This document shows positions 1-7,040 of a DNA stretch of 12,043 nucleotides, piece by piece. The notes beneath the pieces are model-generated. The model was not told the DNA's origin. It worked only from the letters and a program-made list of their open reading frames with translations, and did not search any database. Origin of the DNA: Candidatus Nanohalobium sp. (GTDB lineage Archaea > Nanohalarchaeota > Nanosalinia > Nanosalinales > Nanosalinaceae). The first letter of the stretch is position 1; every line of letters starts with the position of its first letter. The position numbers were made by a program, and so were the translations under genes. The stretch spans positions 13,324 through 25,366 of the forward strand of contig JBDGTY010000034.1 of the NCBI GenBank assembly GCA_042216335.1. The letters run 5' to 3'.

Positions 1-40
1 CGGCGGGCGATTTAAGAAGATGCATGAGCCACTCCTAGAC

Positions 41-514
41 ATGGAACTCGGGAAGCTTGATGAGGCGATGGAAAGATTCAGTGAACTTGACGACCTGTAC
101 CAGGACATCTTCTTTGTCGGAGTCTGCTTCCTGATAATCGGTTTAACGGCCGCAGCACACAACATCTATACGCCGGACGATCCGGTGAATGTCGGCTACG
201 TAGAGGTTCAGACCAACTGCTTCGGGGTCGAGGCCGGAAGCTTCTGCATCGGGGCCGAGAGACAGACCCATACCACCTACAACTATGATAACTATACTGA
301 GGTCGAGCCCGGAACCGCGAACTTCTACAGAAGGGTCGAGGCAGAGCTGATGGCTCAGGCCTACAACATCTGCACCACGGAGATGAACGGCATGGAGTGG
401 ACCGACGAAGCCAGTTACAGGAACCAGACCGCGACACAGTGGCTGGAAAACGACCAGGTCGAGTTACTGCCGTGTGAGCAGACCTTCTACCGTGAGATAA
501 ACGCGACTAGATAA
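41..514 (+). CDS. Hypothetical membrane-anchored/exported protein (N-terminal TM helix, 4-Cys extracellular domain)
   Basis: ORF 20..514. ATG 41 is preferred because TTTAAG at 11-16 lies 25-30 nt upstream. Hydrophobic segment IFFVGVCFLIIGLTAAA is followed by an acidic domain with four Cys and the sequons NYT, NQT and NAT. Confidence 0.75.
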   Translation: MELGKLDEAMERFSELDDLYQDIFFVGVCFLIIGLTAAAHNIYTPDDPVNVGYVEVQTNCFGVEAGSFCIGAERQTHTTYNYDNYTEVEPGTANFYRRVEAELMAQAYNICTTEMNGMEWTDEASYRNQTATQWLENDQVELLPCEQTFYREINATR

Positions 515-530
515 CCCGTCAGGAGTTAAG

Positions 531-647
531 ATGAACCTCAAAAAGAAGGTTAATGAAGTTAGACAGGAAATGGAGCAGGAAATCGAGGAGGACATAGAGG
601 AGATAAGGAAAGCTCTTGACAGTAGAAAGCAGAAATCAAAGCCCTAA
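531..647 (+). CDS. Small hypothetical protein, 38 aa, predicted helical/coiled-coil (MNLKKKVNEVRQEMEQEIEEDIEEIRKALDSRKQKSKP)
   Basis: Absent from the ORF track; read by hand. AGGAG SD at 521-525, ATG at 531, TAA at 645-647 overlapping the TAG (644-646) of the convergent kinase gene. It fills an otherwise empty gap. Confidence 0.6.
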   Translation: MNLKKKVNEVRQEMEQEIEEDIEEIRKALDSRKQKSKP

Positions 648-1549
648 ATATTCTCGGAGAATTTCTTACTCTGTCTTTCAGCGTAGCTTACCATCTTCCG
701 TTCTTCTACTCCTTTTGAGGCTCTTTTCAGGCACCAGACGATGTTGAATAGGTGGCGGAACTTCTTGGCCCTCAGAAGTTTTTCCTCAAAGTTATCAGTT
801 ATTTCCAATTCTTCTCTGAAGGTGTTTTTCAGTGTCTCGATTTGCTGTTCTGTAAAGTCCCTCTGGGAGAGTATCACTGCCAGATCCGAGGCCTGGTTGT
901 ACTTGAACTCCGCGAACTCCCAGTCTATGAAGAAAAACGAATCGCCGGTTTTCCTGGTGCTGTTTGCAATGTCGGAGTGCATGAGAAACGGCTGATCCAG
1001 TTCAAGAGGTTCCCTGAAGGCGACTTCATCGAGCTTCTTTTCAACAAAAGCTGTCAGTTCCTTATAACCTGAGCCTCTGATTTCCTCTAGATCCCGGTAA
1101 AGGCCTTCTATCTTATCCTCTTGTTTTTCCGGTTTGATGCTGTCGTATCCGCTCTCTTCGCAGAAATCCTTGAACTGTTCAAAAGTTAAAGTGTTGATCT
1201 GTGCCAGCTGTTTGGCCCAGTTACGGAGATCGTCTTGATTGAGTTTCTCGGCCCAGACCGATTCTCGGCCGACAAATGAAACCGTGTGGATATTTTTCTG
1301 AGGGTCTAAATTTATGGATCGAGGAGCCGAATCTATCCTCTTGGCCTCCAGAAACTCCAGAACAACTCTCTCATTACGCAGTGTCTCATGTTCCTTTGCT
1401 TTTCTGGCTTTTCTCAGAACGTACTTTCCTTCATCTGATGAGAAGATATAGTTGACGTTGTTCTTGCCCTCTTCGACAGACTCTATTTCTGGTTCGGTGA
1501 ACTTATCGCTGCTGTCCAGGTACTCTCGGACCTGATTTCTCCCATCCAT
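644..1549 (-). CDS. Aminoglycoside phosphotransferase / choline-ethanolamine kinase-like family protein
   Basis: N-lobe EGKNNVNY...KYVLRK...NE; Brenner-like HSDIAN; metal-binding IDWEFA; downstream SDLA. Substrate unknown. Confidence 0.85.
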   Translation of the reverse strand: MDGRNQVREYLDSSDKFTEPEIESVEEGKNNVNYIFSSDEGKYVLRKARKAKEHETLRNERVVLEFLEAKRIDSAPRSINLDPQKNIHTVSFVGRESVWAEKLNQDDLRNWAKQLAQINTLTFEQFKDFCEESGYDSIKPEKQEDKIEGLYRDLEEIRGSGYKELTAFVEKKLDEVAFREPLELDQPFLMHSDIANSTRKTGDSFFFIDWEFAEFKYNQASDLAVILSQRDFTEQQIETLKNTFREELEITDNFEEKLLRAKKFRHLFNIVWCLKRASKGVEERKMVSYAERQSKKFSENI

Positions 1550-1560
1550 GGAGAACCAGG

Positions 1561-1608
1561 TTTAAAAACAAGTTAAAAATCTTGGGCTCTCAACCGGCTT
1601 TAAGAGGT
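1561..1608. promoter_or_regulatory. Divergent promoter region (APH-like gene / ndk)
   Basis: AT boxes TTTAAAAA at 1561-1568 and TTAAAAA at 1573-1579; the latter reads TTTTTAA on the minus strand, 24-30 nt upstream of ATG 1549. GAGGT SD at 1604-1608 precedes ndk. Confidence 0.5.
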
Positions 1609-1617
1609 AGATAAAAG

Positions 1618-2103
1618 ATGTCAGAACACGTTGAACGTACTTTTGTTGCATTGAAGCCTGACGCAGTCAAGAGAGGGCTCGTTGGAGAGATCACGCAGCG
1701 TTTCGAGGACGCAGGATTCAAAATCTGTGGGATGAAGATGATCCAGGCGACCGATCAGCTCCTGGAGCAGCACTACGAGGAGCATGTCGACAAGCCTTTC
1801 TACGATGGGCTCGCCGAGTTCATGAAGAGCGGGCCTATCGTTGCCATGGTACTAGAGGGGGTTCATGCAGCGGAGAACCTGCGGAAGATCGTGGGGGATA
1901 CGGATGCTTCAGAGGCACATCCAGCCACGATCAGAGGGCGCTACGGCCACATGTCGATGGAGCACGCCGACGACGCAGGAAGACTCTACAAGAACCTGGT
2001 CCACGCATCAGAACCAGAGGAAGCGGAAAAAGAGATCGAGATCTGGTTCAGTGAAGACGAACTCCACGACTACACCCATACAGAGGAAGAGGAAGTAAGG
2101 TAG
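1618..2103 (+). CDS. ndk: Nucleoside diphosphate kinase
   Basis: ERTFVALKPDAVKRGLVGEI, HYEEHVDKPFY, SGPIVAMVLEG, TIRG, and the catalytic His motif NLVHAS. Confidence 0.98.
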   Translation: MSEHVERTFVALKPDAVKRGLVGEITQRFEDAGFKICGMKMIQATDQLLEQHYEEHVDKPFYDGLAEFMKSGPIVAMVLEGVHAAENLRKIVGDTDASEAHPATIRGRYGHMSMEHADDAGRLYKNLVHASEPEEAEKEIEIWFSEDELHDYTHTEEEEVR

Positions 2104-2104
2104 A

Positions 2105-2521
2105 TCAGGCAGGTTCAGCCTGTGGTTCCGTGTTTTTCCCTACTATCTGATAGGTTATTCCTCGGTAGGGTATCCGCGGTTTTTTCCTGCCCCCTTCTTC
2201 TTTGAAGTAAAGGATGCCGTTTTCCTCAAGTAGTTCGAGGTCTTCGTGTACTTCTCTCAGGCCTATTCCTGTGTTTCTTGAGAGTTCTCTGATGCTTTCC
2301 GGAGGGCTGTCTTTTATGGCCTGTATGATTTTCTGTGTTCGGCTTTTCAGTATTTCCGATATCTCTTCGGGGTTCTGAAAGGACAGGGTCGGAGTTGTTT
2401 TTTCCCGAGTAATATCCCCCAGTACTTCCTGCTCCCACTCCTCCTGGTCCTGTACTTTTATGACTAGCTGTTTGCCTTCAAGTTCCTCCGGGTGTTCTTC
2501 AATCATTCTTTCGAACCTCAT
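2105..2521 (-). CDS. Winged-HTH DNA-binding protein (HVO_A0114-like), putative antitoxin/regulator
   Basis: HTH segment PESIRELSRNTGIGLREVHEDLELLEENGIL followed by GRKKPRIPY. ATGA overlap with the upstream DUF6516-like gene. Alternative start ATG 2506 behind a GAGGT SD. Confidence 0.8.
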   Translation of the reverse strand: MRFERMIEEHPEELEGKQLVIKVQDQEEWEQEVLGDITREKTTPTLSFQNPEEISEILKSRTQKIIQAIKDSPPESIRELSRNTGIGLREVHEDLELLEENGILYFKEEGGRKKPRIPYRGITYQIVGKNTEPQAEPA

Positions 2522-2817
2522 CTTATCTCATCCAGTTCATCCATGAATCTTCGAAACAGTTTTTGCAGGCCCTCACTGTTTTTCGGTGTCAAACCCAGTT
2601 TTTCGGCCTCTCCTTCGACGTGCTTGTGGTCCCTGCTTCCTGCATGTATGTTATGGTTATCGTATCTGAGCAGTGTCTCTCCATCCCCTATCCGGTAGGC
2701 CTGGTAACTGTACTTTATGCCATGCGGAAACTCATCACTTTCCCGAATCTTCCAGGCCTCCACAATTATCCTCAGGTCGTCCCGCTTCCTCTCCTTCTGG
2801 ATAATCAGTTCTGCCAA
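2518..2817 (-). CDS. DUF6516 / TumE-like putative toxin
   Basis: 99 aa with a TTG start. FPHGIKYS...LLRYDN...DHKH pattern is typical of DUF6516 proteins, which pair with an HTH gene. Confidence 0.75.
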   Translation of the reverse strand: MAELIIQKERKRDDLRIIVEAWKIRESDEFPHGIKYSYQAYRIGDGETLLRYDNHNIHAGSRDHKHVEGEAEKLGLTPKNSEGLQKLFRRFMDELDEIR

Positions 2818-2828
2818 CCTACCACTTC

Positions 2829-2851
2829 ACAAACGTTTGGTAAATACAAAC
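2829..2851 (-). promoter_or_regulatory. Putative promoter/operator of the TA pair
   Basis: TATTTA (minus strand, 2846-2841) lies 24-29 nt upstream of TTG 2817. Perfect palindrome CAAACGTTTG at 2830-2839 and a second ACAAAC at 2846-2851. Confidence 0.45.
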
Positions 2852-2874
2852 AATCTTCTTCCACTCAATCAGAA

Positions 2875-2883
2875 CTATTAAAC
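2875..2883 (+). promoter_or_regulatory. TATA-like box for a leaderless pspC transcript
   Basis: CTATTAAAC lies 25-33 nt upstream of ATG 2908. Confidence 0.45.
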
Positions 2884-2907
2884 GACTCCAGGAACCAGGA
2901 AATACGT

Positions 2908-3174
2908 ATGACACAACTCTACAGAAGTGAGTCCGATCGTATGCTCGGAGGAGTATGCGGAGGCATTGCAGAAGTATACGACTTCGACCCGTCACTGGTA
3001 AGGATAATAACGCTGATACTGGTGCTGTCAGCAGGCTCCGGGCTACTGGCCTATCTTGCGGCATGGATAATCATACCGACCGAGAGCGAGGTCAAGAACC
3101 ATGAAAAAGTGAAGGATGTAGAAGCAGAGAAAGTAGAAGACGAAGAAGAATCAAGTGATGAAGAAGAGGAATAA
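2908..3174 (+). CDS. pspC: PspC domain-containing membrane protein (88 aa)
   Basis: LYRSESDRMLGGVCGGIAEVYDFDPSLVRI...YLAAWIIIP matches the PspC signature, with an acidic tail. True start is 2908, not 2563 as in the ORF track. Confidence 0.92.
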   Translation: MTQLYRSESDRMLGGVCGGIAEVYDFDPSLVRIITLILVLSAGSGLLAYLAAWIIIPTESEVKNHEKVKDVEAEKVEDEEESSDEEEE

Positions 3175-3188
3175 GAAGGCGCCAGCAC

Positions 3189-3199
3189 AAAAAAACAAA
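3189..3199 (-). terminator. Oligo-T archaeal terminator downstream of pheT
   Basis: Minus strand TTTGTTTTTTT about 50 nt after the pheT stop, in a convergent intergenic gap. Confidence 0.5.
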
Positions 3200-3246
3200 C
3201 TGACATCAATCTGGTCCCGCAGGGCTCATCATCCGCCCCTTACTAT

Positions 3247-4884
3247 TTATTTCAATTCTCTGAGTTTTTCAAGATCCAGTTCAAAGGCCGAAACAGGTTT
3301 CTCAAGCTCCCAGTTATCCAGCACTTCTCCTGAGACCTCCCCTATGTATCCAACAGATTCTCCATTTAGGTAAACTTCTCCAGAACGGGCTGGTTTGAGG
3401 AATGGCCTTGAACCCTTATGTACTGAAAGTTCTATCCCCAAATCCCTTTCTAGGACTTGAAGTATTTCCCTGGCATCCGTGAAGTCTACATCTCCGGTTT
3501 CGACATATACTGCTTTTCTCCTGTTAGAAGCTCCTTCAGGTGTATCGTCCAGCAGCGTCACGTCTGCTGTTTCAAAGAAGCTCTGAGGGTAAGCATTGTG
3601 TTTGTTTGTGTTAAGTACTTTCAGCATTGACGGGAGCAGCCTGATTCTTGTAGCAGATCTTTCCTCGGAAACCGTATTCTTCAGCGTAGGAATCTCCTCC
3701 TCCACTTTCATCATATCTAGCTGCTTCTCCTTACTTGTAAGCACCCTGGTATTCGTCTCCGTTGCTCCTGAGCGGAGCAAAATGTCTCTTACAAGATCGG
3801 AGAACTGTTCGATCGGTTGCTGTTCTGCCGCCTGATCAACTTCGGGTATCTCAGGTTCTATCTTGTCGTATCCCTGTGCGATCACTACTTCTTCAATCAG
3901 GTCATACTGGTGCATCATCACATCCCTGTACGCCGGAACCTCTACATTTACCGTACCATCTTCGATTTCTGCGCCCAGCCGCATCTTCTTCAAATTCCTG
4001 ACAACCTGTTCATCGCTAATTTCCAATCCTGAGACCTTTCGCAGGTACTTAGGATCAAGCTCCATCACTCTTGGAGTCAGATCAGGCATATTCTCTCCAT
4101 CCACTTCTACAGATTCTATATCGCCTCCTCTCTCCGCAAGCGTCGTAGCCACTATATTCAATGCTTTTTTCACTGTTTCTTCATCGGTGCCTGTAACATC
4201 TATGAATATATCAGTAGTTCCAGAATGGACCTCAGTCAACTGATTGTTTATTATAGGCGGGAAGCTCAGGACCTGATCCTCGGAATCAATGATTACGGGG
4301 TATTCATCGTGTTCTTCAAGGATCCATGAGTACTTCTGTCCTTTCTCATGTTCCTCCAGGATTTGTCCAAGGTTTAGTTCATCCTCGTGTTCTAGCGGCT
4401 GGAAACTTACTTCCTCGGGTTCCACCGCCCTGTATGTGAAAGGAGGAGTTATGTTCGAGAGATCGTGGAGGCCTATCGCCAGTTTTTCTCTCTGACGCCC
4501 CATCGATTCATGCAGCTTCTCCTGTAGCTGGATAAGACCGTTGATACCTGCCTCATCAAGCTCAAGATTCCTGACAACCGCACAGCCGATATGCGGCCTA
4601 ACTTTCTCTACAGAGGAATCTTTCTCAACCTTGATAATGCCTTCCTGGGCCTCATACTCCCTGAGGCCTGTCTCGATTTCGAAGAAACCTCTGTAAGCTC
4701 TGGCAAGGCCCTCTACTGAAAGAAGGTCTGGTCTGTTGGGATATACCTCAACCTGGCACTTGTCATCGTCCACCCCATGCCAGTGGACACCCATCATCGA
4801 TGCATCCTCCATAAGCTCTTCCTCAGTAAATTCTCTTCCTGTCAGTTCCTCAAAGTCGTGTTTATTGATCTCGATGTTTGGCAT
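3247..4884 (-). CDS. pheT: Phenylalanine--tRNA ligase beta subunit (archaeal type)
   Basis: PNRPDLLSVEGLAR, QLQEKLH...AIGLHD, LSFPPIIN and DLIEEV motifs; 545 aa. SD GAGGTGA overlaps the pheS stop. Confidence 0.96.
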   Translation of the reverse strand: MPNIEINKHDFEELTGREFTEEELMEDASMMGVHWHGVDDDKCQVEVYPNRPDLLSVEGLARAYRGFFEIETGLREYEAQEGIIKVEKDSSVEKVRPHIGCAVVRNLELDEAGINGLIQLQEKLHESMGRQREKLAIGLHDLSNITPPFTYRAVEPEEVSFQPLEHEDELNLGQILEEHEKGQKYSWILEEHDEYPVIIDSEDQVLSFPPIINNQLTEVHSGTTDIFIDVTGTDEETVKKALNIVATTLAERGGDIESVEVDGENMPDLTPRVMELDPKYLRKVSGLEISDEQVVRNLKKMRLGAEIEDGTVNVEVPAYRDVMMHQYDLIEEVVIAQGYDKIEPEIPEVDQAAEQQPIEQFSDLVRDILLRSGATETNTRVLTSKEKQLDMMKVEEEIPTLKNTVSEERSATRIRLLPSMLKVLNTNKHNAYPQSFFETADVTLLDDTPEGASNRRKAVYVETGDVDFTDAREILQVLERDLGIELSVHKGSRPFLKPARSGEVYLNGESVGYIGEVSGEVLDNWELEKPVSAFELDLEKLRELK

Positions 4885-4895
4885 TTTTTCTCACC

Positions 4896-6278
4896 TCATG
4901 GTCTCCATACCGGTATCTCCTGGAGATTTTCGATATCGTTCCTGTAGACGTTCCTGGCATCAGAGAGTCCAGCGGCCATCGCTCCTATCCTCGCTATTCC
5001 AAGCCCCCATGCCAGGACCGTGGCTTCAACACCGAGCAGTGGCTCAACTACCTCTGGCCGGAACAGGCCTGCTCCCCCCATTCCAAGCCATTCTTCCTCT
5101 TCCTCGTCCCATACCTGGATCTCTGTACTCATCTCGGTGTACGGATAGTAGGTCGGAATTAGGCGGAACTCGTCGTAACCCATCTTCTCAAAGAACTCTG
5201 AGAGATAACCTTTCAGATGGGCGAATCCCAGATCCTCTCCGACCACGATCCCCTCTGCCTGTTCGAAGTCAGCAGTATGCGTCCTGTCAACTGTTTCATT
5301 CCTGAATGCGTGCGAAATGATGAAGTACTTTGCTGGGAGATCGTCTTCATCCAGTTCAATCAACTTCTTTGCGGATACGTCAGTGGTGTGCGTCCTCAGT
5401 ATGTTTTTACCTGCCAGTTCTTCGGACCAGTCATACTGCCATCCCTGGCTACCGGTTTCGCCACCAGATTCATGCGCCTCTTTGATCCTGTCCACATAGT
5501 CCCCATATCTTGCAAGGTCGGTTCTCTCAGGGTTCTCCATGTAGAAGGTATCCTGTAGATCCTGAGCCGGATGGTCCTGAGGTATATACAGCGCGTCGAA
5601 ACACATGATGCCTGGTGTAACAAAATCTCCGCGCATCTCGCTGAAACCCATCTCAAGCCATACCTGACGTGCATAATCCTTTGCAGCCTTGAAGAAATGC
5701 TTTTTACCTGTTCTCGGAGTCTTTGCCTGGGCCTCGACGTTGAAGTCCTCTTCGATTTCCTCCAGATCAGTTTCCTTTCCTTTCTCGGTCAGCTTCAGGA
5801 TCTTCGTCTTCTCCTCCTTCGTCTCTACAAGGCCTCTGCCCTGAAGTTCCTCGTCGAACATTTCGTTCTCCAGTTTATCCTTTACTGGGTCGATGTCTAC
5901 TTCTTCTCCTTCGTCAGTAAGCGAGGCCTGTCCGTCGCTGATGTATATCCAGCCCTTCTCCCTGGCCTTTCCGATTCCGACACTGTTATCTATCTCGGAG
6001 ACAGGTTTGACACCGGAATCAAGCTCCTGGACGATCTGGTACTCGGGAGAACCTTCTTCAAGGACTTTTTCCCCCTGCTCAGTGGTCGTGTAGCTTATCT
6101 CTTCCTCTTCTTCCATTTCAGCCAGGCCTTCCTCCTCAAGTTCGAGAAACGCTCTGTTGACCATCGACTGGTCGAAGCCTTTCTCCTCGAATTCCTCGAC
6201 CTTCATCTCCGGGTTTTCCTGGAGGATTTCAAGTACTTGCCTGGCCTGACTCGAGAGTTTCACACCTTTCAGATTCAA
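4896..6278 (-). CDS. pheS: Phenylalanine--tRNA ligase alpha subunit (archaeal type, N-terminal wHTH extension)
   Basis: FDAL..PQDHPA..QDTFY, LRTHTT, FRNETVDRTH, GAGLFRPE and AWGLG motifs. Start is TTG 6278 or GTG 6263; the latter has TTATTTAAG 23-31 nt upstream. Confidence 0.95.
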   Translation of the reverse strand: MNLKGVKLSSQARQVLEILQENPEMKVEEFEEKGFDQSMVNRAFLELEEEGLAEMEEEEEISYTTTEQGEKVLEEGSPEYQIVQELDSGVKPVSEIDNSVGIGKAREKGWIYISDGQASLTDEGEEVDIDPVKDKLENEMFDEELQGRGLVETKEEKTKILKLTEKGKETDLEEIEEDFNVEAQAKTPRTGKKHFFKAAKDYARQVWLEMGFSEMRGDFVTPGIMCFDALYIPQDHPAQDLQDTFYMENPERTDLARYGDYVDRIKEAHESGGETGSQGWQYDWSEELAGKNILRTHTTDVSAKKLIELDEDDLPAKYFIISHAFRNETVDRTHTADFEQAEGIVVGEDLGFAHLKGYLSEFFEKMGYDEFRLIPTYYPYTEMSTEIQVWDEEEEEWLGMGGAGLFRPEVVEPLLGVEATVLAWGLGIARIGAMAAGLSDARNVYRNDIENLQEIPVWRP

Positions 6279-6286
6279 AGGGAATC

Positions 6287-7003
6287 TTAAATAATTCCAG
6301 TCTCCAGCGAAGCACCAACGAAGATGCAGCCGACACCGGCCAGAACCAGTATCACAAGGTTTCTCCAGGTGTCTCTATCGAAATGCTCCCTGTAGACTGC
6401 GGCCGAGATCAGGGAACCCGATACTCCGGCAATGATGAAACCAGTCATCTCGAACGCTGCGTGAGGAAAGTACAGAAGTGGAGTAGATTTCTTCAAACCC
6501 TGGAACTTCATCATCAGTTCGGCGAAGAACTTGCCCATGACCGAGGCGTTCCAGACAAGGATGAAAGATCCGGCGGAACCGAAGATAGCCGAGACCGCCA
6601 GTATACCGGTGAAAACTATCAGGTTATTGAATAGCACCTGCGTAAACAGCCCGGAGACGACTGCGTTGCCAGAAAAACCTGCGACCTCTGCCTGGAGAGC
6701 GAAAACTTCCGGATTAGCCATCGAAAGCATCGTGAAACCGAAGACCTGCCCAGCGAACAGCGCAGCATACAGCGAGACCTCCTCGACATAGGACTGATCG
6801 TCACCGTCCTCATCCTCCAAGAACTTCGTGGTTAACGGGTACACGAGAGGAAGCGACGCGAAAACTACTGACAGAACCGCCGACTGCCTTGGAAAAAGTG
6901 TCGTGGCCGCGAAGAAGCCGGCTACGGAGGCAGCCAGACCCAGTAAAAACAGCAGAGGATAGTTGTCAGTGTGCTCCTCCCTCAGGATCAGTTCCGGCAG
7001 CAT
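6287..7003 (-). CDS. Stage II sporulation protein M (SpoIIM/DUF95) family multi-pass membrane protein
   Basis: About 6-7 hydrophobic segments; LFNNLIV, ILVWNA..G, PHAAFE..G..IAG and terminal GASLET motifs. Confidence 0.85.
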   Translation of the reverse strand: MLPELILREEHTDNYPLLFLLGLAASVAGFFAATTLFPRQSAVLSVVFASLPLVYPLTTKFLEDEDGDDQSYVEEVSLYAALFAGQVFGFTMLSMANPEVFALQAEVAGFSGNAVVSGLFTQVLFNNLIVFTGILAVSAIFGSAGSFILVWNASVMGKFFAELMMKFQGLKKSTPLLYFPHAAFEMTGFIIAGVSGSLISAAVYREHFDRDTWRNLVILVLAGVGCIFVGASLETGII

Positions 7004-7021
7004 AAAGACAAGATGATGGAG

Positions 7022-7037
7022 ACTGGTTTAAACCAGT
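7022..7037. promoter_or_regulatory. 16-bp perfect palindrome centred on a TATA-like box
   Basis: ACTGGTTTAAACCAGT; the TTTAAA core (7027-7032) is 24-29 nt upstream of ATG 7003. Confidence 0.55.
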
Positions 7038-7040
7038 TTT

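Noticed and set aside
644-1549. Antibiotic resistance gene call
   Set aside because: The APH fold alone does not imply aminoglycoside resistance; nothing indicates the substrate.
2104-2870. TA module as an IS or other mobile element
   Set aside because: No transposase, terminal inverted repeats or target-site duplication seen.
2563-2907. N-terminal 115-aa extension of the PspC ORF
   Set aside because: It is antisense to the DUF6516-like gene and crosses the divergent promoter. PspC homology begins at ATG 2908, which has its own TATA-like box.
3155-3373. 72-aa ORF, and a plus-strand GTGATGA(3155)...CTGA(3200) box C/D-like pair
   Set aside because: The ORF overlaps both pspC and pheT. The box C match lies within pspC Ser-Asp-Glu codons, and there are no internal boxes or terminal stem.
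3596-6290. Plus-strand ORFs over pheT/pheS (e.g. 4736..5305, 5571..6290)
   Set aside because: Antisense shadows, rich in Ser, Phe and Leu as expected from the reverse complement of Glu/Lys codons.
6287-7003. Sporulation function
   Set aside because: The family name is historical, homologues are widespread in non-sporulating prokaryotes, and no other spo genes are present.
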